A stretch of DNA of 41,266 nucleotides, taken from the IMG/VR virus record IMGVR_UViG_2534681675_000019; one strand, 5' to 3'. The DNA comes from a virus (lineage: Duplodnaviria > Heunggongvirae > Uroviricota > Caudoviricetes). This document shows positions 36,334 to 41,266 of this stretch, one piece after another. Position numbers and translations under genes: made by a program. The number at the start of each line of letters is the position of its first letter. Position 1 is the first letter of the stretch. The notes under the pieces were generated by a model. That model was not told where the DNA came from. It saw only the letters and a list, made by a program, of their open reading frames with translations, and did no database searches.

Positions 36334-38063
36334 GGGCAAATCCAGCTACCAAGATAGCCTTTTATCGTATTGTTAATTTCAACTCTACTATTGTCATAAT
36401 ACTTTTTAGAGTATTTATTTATCCCATCAATTGTGTTTACGCCAGATTTAAAAGCAGACTTAATTATTTCCATTGGCTGTGCCGTAAACTTCATCTTAGG
36501 CCCAAATACAATAACTTCTCCTTTAGTCCTCTCCTGTATTTTGCCTATAGAGTAAAGCATCCCGAACAGATCGCCAACGCCATAATCATCATGAAGGATT
36601 ATAATGTTAGCTTCAGCTATGGCTGGAGATGAGATCACGTCATTGAATATTTTTTTGCACTTTTCTACATAGGGCATGTCGTTTGGTGTATAACCAAAGT
36701 TTGAACATAAGTTTGTAGTTCTTATATAAGTTATATCACCCTTCATCCCATTTTCAGTAAGTGCATAAGTCAGATCTATGCCATGAGAATTACCGATTAT
36801 TACTATTTTTTTGTCACCTGTCTTCGGTACAGGGTGAGGCTTGTCTCCATCAACCCAATACCTGTTCATTTGTTCTTTTAGCTGTTCGGACGTCATTGTG
36901 GCAAACGAAAACCTTGATGGAATTCCAGATAGCAATAGTACAGCGAAGCACAAACCAACTACACCACCTACAGGTAGCACGATTGAAGTTAATTCATTCA
37001 AGGACCTGCCGTTTTTAAATTTTGAAAGTGCCTTTCTTGAAGGGTTTTCAATTAAATAAAATGATGCGGCACCAATAAGAATTGATAAGGCAACACCTGA
37101 TACTGTATAAACCATATCATCCATCTTATTCATTGACATATAGACAACTATGGGCCAGTGAACCAGATATACCGAGTATGAAATTTTCCCAACCCATTGA
37201 GATAATGCATTATCAAGTAACAGGTTATCTTTACATCCAAGATAAATGACAAAGAAAGTAGAAACGACTGGTATTAAGGCAAGATACCCAGGCCACTTCA
37301 TTAAGCTGTTAAGCAAGACTATCCCCGATACTGCAAAGGCTATGGCAATCCATCTAAATACAGCAGTGCGTTTTGAATTTTGTATAGTAGGAAGAAGGTA
37401 GGCAAGGCCGCCAGCCAGCATCTCCCAAGCTCTGCTTGACAGAAGATAAAATGCAGCCCCCTGATTATTATAAGAAAGATACACTGAGGCAGTAAATGAT
37501 ATAATTGCAAGGATGGCAACAACATACCTTATATGCTTAGCGCCCAATAGCTTTGCAATTGCCATCATTATGATTGGATATACCATGTAAAACTGCCACT
37601 CTACAGAAAGCGACCATGTATGAAGAAGCCATTTCTGCTTTGATGCAGTGTCAAAATAATCAATGCTATGGTAATACTCAACGTTTGAGAAAAATAAAAG
37701 GCTACTTCTTACGTGTTGAGCCAGGTATTCATATTCAGAAGGCAAAAGAATGAAGTAACCAACTATCAGAACAGCAACTGAAACTACAGTTAAAGCTGGT
37801 ATAATCCTTCTTGCCCTATCAAGATAAAATCCTAACAGTGAAAAGTTTCCATTAGATATCTTTGTGTAAATTATTCCAGTCATCAGATACCCTGATATAA
37901 CAAAGAATATATCTACGCCTGAAAACCCACCAGAAAACCCTTTGACTCCGAAGTGATAAAGGACAACTGCCATGACAGCAATAGCCCTGAGTCCGCCTAT
38001 ATCAGTTCTGTATTTTAAAGAAGACATAATCGCTATCGTTTTGAGTAAGATGCGTTAATGATA

Positions 38064-38078
38064 TCACCTTTAGGGTAA
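38064..38078. promoter_or_regulatory. TCACC-N5-GGTAA site in the divergent region between the acyltransferase and the lysis genes
   Basis: TCACCtttagGGTAAT. Confidence 0.45.
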
Positions 38079-38183
38079 TTTCGTTAAGAGTTATCCGATC
38101 AAAATTAATCCACATATGGTTTATTGTGTATGATGAACTCACCAACTAAGGGGGTTCTTTATGCACAATAAACGGTGGTCACT

Positions 38184-38585
38184 ATGGCGCATGTGCTGAC
38201 AACAGAGTCAGTAAATCAGGGGTTAAGCCTGACTGCACTGGCGTCCGTGTTCGTTGGTATACCGCCTGAGGTGGCTTTAGGTGCTCTTGCTGGTGCGGTA
38301 ATTTTTGTTACCTCTGCGGTAGAGTACCCAATTCATCGTCGCGTACTCTTATCGATGCTTAGCTTTCTCTGCGGACTTCTTTTCTATAAACCAGCAGCAT
38401 CAATTCTTATCGGCATAGCCAGCCTGATCCCTACCATCACGCAGGACTCTTTCGAGAAAGGGATTGTTTTCTCTGCTGGTGCATTCGTGTCAGCAATCGT
38501 TGCAGTTCGAATTGGCATCTGGCTCTATCACCGTTCCGATAATCCACGCGAGTTAATTCCGGGGAGAAAAGGCGATGGTAACTAA
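38184..38585 (+). CDS. Holin-like membrane protein
   Basis: 133 aa from ATG 38184; about four hydrophobic helices and a charged C-terminus; first gene of the lysis cassette. Confidence 0.5.
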   Translation: MAHVLTTESVNQGLSLTALASVFVGIPPEVALGALAGAVIFVTSAVEYPIHRRVLLSMLSFLCGLLFYKPAASILIGIASLIPTITQDSFEKGIVFSAGAFVSAIVAVRIGIWLYHRSDNPRELIPGRKGDGN

Positions 38586-38883
38586 TGAGCTTGTTTTGCT
38601 TATCACCAATGCACTTATTTGTACTGGCATAGCAATTCGTGTTGTCACATTCCGGCGTAACGGTTCACAACATCGAAGGTGGGGAGGGTGGCTTGCTTAT
38701 TTCCTTATTGTTGCTGCGGCCAGTATTCCTGTTCGTGTCGTCTATGCAATCTGGTTACGCACGCCAATGGCTGTGGATTTATCTGAGGTCATTATCAACG
38801 CTGTCATGCTTGCTGCGGTTCTTAAAACTCGCGGTAACGTCGTTCAGATTTTCAAAATAACGAGGTCTAAACATGGAGATTAA
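38575..38883 (+). CDS. Holin/antiholin-like membrane protein
   Basis: 102 aa with two to three hydrophobic helices; overlaps its neighbours; immediately upstream of the endolysin. Confidence 0.45.
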   Translation: MVTNELVLLITNALICTGIAIRVVTFRRNGSQHRRWGGWLAYFLIVAAASIPVRVVYAIWLRTPMAVDLSEVIINAVMLAAVLKTRGNVVQIFKITRSKHGD

Positions 38884-39499
38884 ACAATTCCAGCGAGCTG
38901 CTGGTATTAGCGAGGCGCTGGCCGCACGCTGGTTCTCGCATATAACTTCTGCGATGAAAGAGTTTGGTATCAGCAAACCAGAAGATCAGGCAATGTTTAT
39001 TGCTCAGGTCGGGCATGAGTCTGGAGGCTTCACCCGGCTGCAGGAGAACTTCAACTACAGCGTGACTGGGCTGGCGGGATTCGTCCGTGCCGGGCGCCTC
39101 ACTCAGGGCCAGGCCAACGCGCTGGGCCGTCGTGCTGGTGAGCCATCGTTACCGCTGGAGCGCCAGCGTGCGATCGCCAATCTGGTGTATAGCAAGCGCA
39201 TGGGGAACAACGGGCCGACTGACGGCTGGTTTTACCGTGGGCGCGGGCTTATCCAGATTACCGGTTTGAATAACTATCGTGACTGCGGAAACGGTCTAAA
39301 AGTGGACCTGCTGGAGAATCCTGAGCTGTTGACGCAGGACGAATACGCGGCCCGCAGCGCGGCGTGGTTCTTCGCCAGTAAAGGTTGTATGAAGTATCCA
39401 CGCGACCTGGTGCGCGTCACGCAGATTATCAACGGTGGCCAGAACGGTATCGACGACCGGCGATCGCGTTACGGTGCTGCCTGTAAGGCGCTGTTATGA
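38873..39499 (+). CDS. Endolysin, glycoside hydrolase family 19-type
   Basis: 208 aa; [10 protein letters not shown] and [15 protein letters not shown] blocks characteristic of GH19 lysozymes. Confidence 0.8.
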   Translation: MEIKQFQRAAGISEALAARWFSHITSAMKEFGISKPEDQAMFIAQVGHESGGFTRLQENFNYSVTGLAGFVRAGRLTQGQANALGRRAGEPSLPLERQRAIANLVYSKRMGNNGPTDGWFYRGRGLIQITGLNNYRDCGNGLKVDLLENPELLTQDEYAARSAAWFFASKGCMKYPRDLVRVTQIINGGQNGIDDRRSRYGAACKALL

Positions 39500-39978
39500 T
39501 CTGGGCATTTGTCAAAGCATACTGGAAACAGTTGCTTATCATGGCGATGCTTGCTGCGCTGGTTGTCATCGGTGTGGTTGCCTGGAATGTTCACGGTGAC
39601 CTGCAGTATGCCGCCGGCTATGAGCAGGCAAAGACAGACCGTAAAGCCCAAGATGATAAAGCTCGTCAGCACTACGAACAGGAGAAATCGATCAATGAAC
39701 GTGAAGTGCAGCAGAGGATCGACCAGGCGCGCAATGATGCTCTTGATGCTGCCGCTCGCGCTGGCCGGTTGCAGCAACAGCTCGTTGCCATCCGTGAGCA
39801 GCTCAGGCACTATAACGCCATTGTCGGCGCTGGGTCGTCAGCCGCAGATACCGGAGTTTTGCTTGCCGACGTGCTCAGCAAATCTCTCGAGAGAAACAGA
39901 CAACTGGCAGAGTATGCTGACCGGGCAGCCGAAGCCGGAAGAGTCTGCGAAAAACAGTACGACACCCTGACCAGATAG
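39496..39978 (+). CDS. Rz-like inner-membrane spanin
   Basis: 160 aa; N-terminal transmembrane helix then coiled-coil; start overlaps the endolysin stop. Confidence 0.6.
   Translation: MIWAFVKAYWKQLLIMAMLAALVVIGVVAWNVHGDLQYAAGYEQAKTDRKAQDDKARQHYEQEKSINEREVQQRIDQARNDALDAAARAGRLQQQLVAIREQLRHYNAIVGAGSSAADTGVLLADVLSKSLERNRQLAEYADRAAEAGRVCEKQYDTLTR
39734..39970 (+). CDS. Rz1-like outer-membrane lipoprotein spanin, embedded in Rz in the +1 frame
   Basis: 78 aa, [17 protein letters not shown] (lipobox LAGC), Pro-rich mature part, fully inside the Rz gene. Confidence 0.55.
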   Translation: MMLLMLPLALAGCSNSSLPSVSSSGTITPLSALGRQPQIPEFCLPTCSANLSRETDNWQSMLTGQPKPEESAKNSTTP

Positions 39979-40120
39979 CATGGCATTTTTCATGGTACTG
40001 ATTTCCGGTGACGGTATATAAAACGGTACGGGAAAAATTCATCTTTGGAAAAATGTTATCACTCAATTGGTTATGGTGTCCGTAAATAATTGAGTGGGAA
40101 TGATTTGATCCCTGCACTAT

Positions 40121-40150
40121 GAATTAGCAAAACCCTCTGTTACTACAGAG
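40121..40150. terminator. Bidirectional intrinsic terminator
   Basis: Perfect 10-bp stem AACCCTCTGT/ACAGAGGGTT with loop TACT, followed by TTTTTATA; lies between the convergent lysis operon and the 40196 gene. Confidence 0.7.
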
Positions 40151-40195
40151 GGTTTTTATACTCACGAATCATAGGATTGAAGTTACTGACATCGC

Positions 40196-40735
40196 TTAGT
40201 TAAACCAGCTGTCCGATTTGTTCTCTTCTGCTTTGCCCACGCTTTTCATCAGATCGCGACCGCCTTCAGTCATATTCCTGTTTGCGTCAGCTTCAGATTG
40301 CACCACATCGGTTTGCGCAGCTTTGTGCTTCAGTTCCTGATCGATAAATTCGTTTTCTCGCTTAACGCGGGCTTCTTCTTTCGCCAGCGCCAGTTTTTGT
40401 TTCTGAATCTCTAAGCTGCGTAGCTCATCTTCATAACTTTGATCGCGTTTCTTGTCCGCAGTGGCTTCGGCGTCCAGTTTATCCTGACGAGCTTTCTTAT
40501 TCGCCGCTGCCGTTGCCGCTCTTTTATTAGCCGCGGCCTGGGCGTTTGCGCGACGTTGCTTCTCTTGCTGGATTTCCCTGTTGCGCTCCGCGACCCATTC
40601 GTCATGCTGCCTTTGCTCTTCATTTTTACCTTGCTGTTCCGCTTCTGCGACAGCAGAGAGTTGATCCTGCAATGATGAGGCGATAGCCGGATAGCTTAAG
40701 GAGGCTAAGATGGCGCAAAGAAAAACTTTCTTCAT
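40196..40735 (-). CDS. Secreted Ala/Gln/Lys-rich coiled-coil protein (probable host or cargo gene)
   Basis: 179 aa with N-terminal signal peptide MKKVFLCAILASLSYPAIASS; GGAGGAG Shine-Dalgarno. Confidence 0.5.
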   Translation of the reverse strand: MKKVFLCAILASLSYPAIASSLQDQLSAVAEAEQQGKNEEQRQHDEWVAERNREIQQEKQRRANAQAAANKRAATAAANKKARQDKLDAEATADKKRDQSYEDELRSLEIQKQKLALAKEEARVKRENEFIDQELKHKAAQTDVVQSEADANRNMTEGGRDLMKSVGKAEENKSDSWFN

Positions 40736-40750
40736 GACTCCTCCTGATTA

Positions 40751-41266
40751 TTAGCTCTTTTCAGGACATTTGGTATTTGGCTGAATACGCGTTTCGTTAT
40801 ACGTCGTGGTAATAACAACGGCTAAACCTGTCGTAAACTGGCACTCTTTACCCACCTGGGTGGAGGTATACACTTTGGTGCCTTCCTTATACGTTAGAGA
40901 AACACCTTCCACTAAGGTTTTATCATTCACCATAGAACCTGCTGCCGCGCCAACAGCTCCGCCGCCAACTGCACCTGCCGTCGTTCCGGAATTGCTGCCA
41001 GACCCCACGTTGTGGCCGATAACACCGCCAGCGACTGCACCAATAAGCGCGCCGAAGGCTTGTGCGTTTCGTTTATTTTGGGAGTTGTCTACGGCAACTT
41101 TTGCGGGAAGAATGGAAATAATATTAACGGTTTTAGTTTCTTGTTTGGTATTCAGTTGATCGGTTTGATAAACATCGGCGGCATGATCATCAGCATTTGA
41201 CTGGCATCCTGCCAGAGTGAATGACGCTAACATTGCCACAGGCAGAAGACATTTTTTAAATTTCAT
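40751..41266 (-). CDS. Glycine-zipper outer-membrane lipoprotein (SlyB/YcfJ-like)
   Basis: 171 aa; lipobox LAGC; Gly/Ala zipper GALIGAVAGGVIGHNVGSG...; start at the window edge. Confidence 0.55.
   Translation of the reverse strand: MKFKKCLLPVAMLASFTLAGCQSNADDHAADVYQTDQLNTKQETKTVNIISILPAKVAVDNSQNKRNAQAFGALIGAVAGGVIGHNVGSGSNSGTTAGAVGGGAVGAAAGSMVNDKTLVEGVSLTYKEGTKVYTSTQVGKECQFTTGLAVVITTTYNETRIQPNTKCPEKS

Larger units (their letters stand above)
35014..36344 (+). mobile_element. IS2 (IS3 family), complete, 1331 bp
   Basis: Ends TAGACTGGCCCCCTGAATCTCCAGACAACC... and ...GGGGCAAATCCA match IS2 termini from memory; flanked by 5-bp direct repeats GCTAC (35009-35013 and 36345-36349); carries orfA/orfB with an A6G slippery site. 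Confidence 0.9.
34832..38027 (-). pseudogene. O-antigen-type acyltransferase (Acyl_transf_3 membrane domain plus SGNH domain) interrupted by IS2
   Basis: N-terminal 561 codons at 36345-38027 (MSSLKYRTDIGGLRAIAVMAVVLYHFG..., GNSH block) run into the IS2 end; the C-terminal 58 codons (...YFDNSHFTLEG...) continue in frame at 34835-35008 once IS2 and one GCTAC copy are removed. Confidence 0.8.

Noticed and set aside
36258-36344. C-terminal 28 residues of the track ORF 36258-38027 ([28 protein letters not shown])
   Set aside because: This is read-through into the IS2 terminal inverted repeat, not native acyltransferase sequence; the true C-terminus is at 34835-35008.
38161-38183. ATG at 38161 as the holin start
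   Set aside because: That frame hits a stop after 12 codons; the in-frame ATG at 38184 (or GTG 38175) opens the membrane-protein ORF.
1-41266. CRISPR array, rRNA or toxin-antitoxin pair
   Set aside because: No regularly spaced short direct repeats with unique spacers, no rRNA-like conserved blocks, and no recognisable small toxin/antitoxin pair were seen.

Overview
The window is almost entirely one temperate prophage (about 1 to 40,000) of podovirus type with a mosaic, lambdoid-style regulatory and replication core, followed by two probable host genes. Left to right: a P4-type tyrosine integrase at the window edge; a leftward early operon (PPP-family Ser/Thr phosphatase, MT-A70 adenine methyltransferase, AlpA-like excisionase candidate, Bet/RecT-like annealase plus PD-(D/E)XK exonuclease); an immunity region with a tandem-HTH repressor that lacks a peptidase domain, divergent from a Cro-like gene; a lambda O-like initiator carrying ori iterons inside its own gene and a lambda P-like loader; nin-like small genes; terminase small and large subunits; a phage-borne tRNA-Arg(UCU); portal, scaffold, capsid and T7-like tail and internal-core genes; a lipoprotein; a small gene with a near-consensus LexA box in its promoter (antirepressor candidate); a tailspike with a T7 gp17-like N-terminal adaptor domain; an O-antigen-type acyltransferase split by an intact IS2 (1331 bp, 5-bp target duplication GCTAC); and a lysis cassette (two holin-like proteins, GH19 endolysin, Rz with embedded Rz1). 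The most notable unexplained signals are a 15-bp palindrome TTACC-N5-GGTAA at about ten promoter-region sites across the prophage, and a perfect 12-bp palindrome GTGACATGTCAC present three times beside hairpins. All calls rest on reading the sequence and the supplied ORF track, with motif and family recognition from memory; no database search was run.
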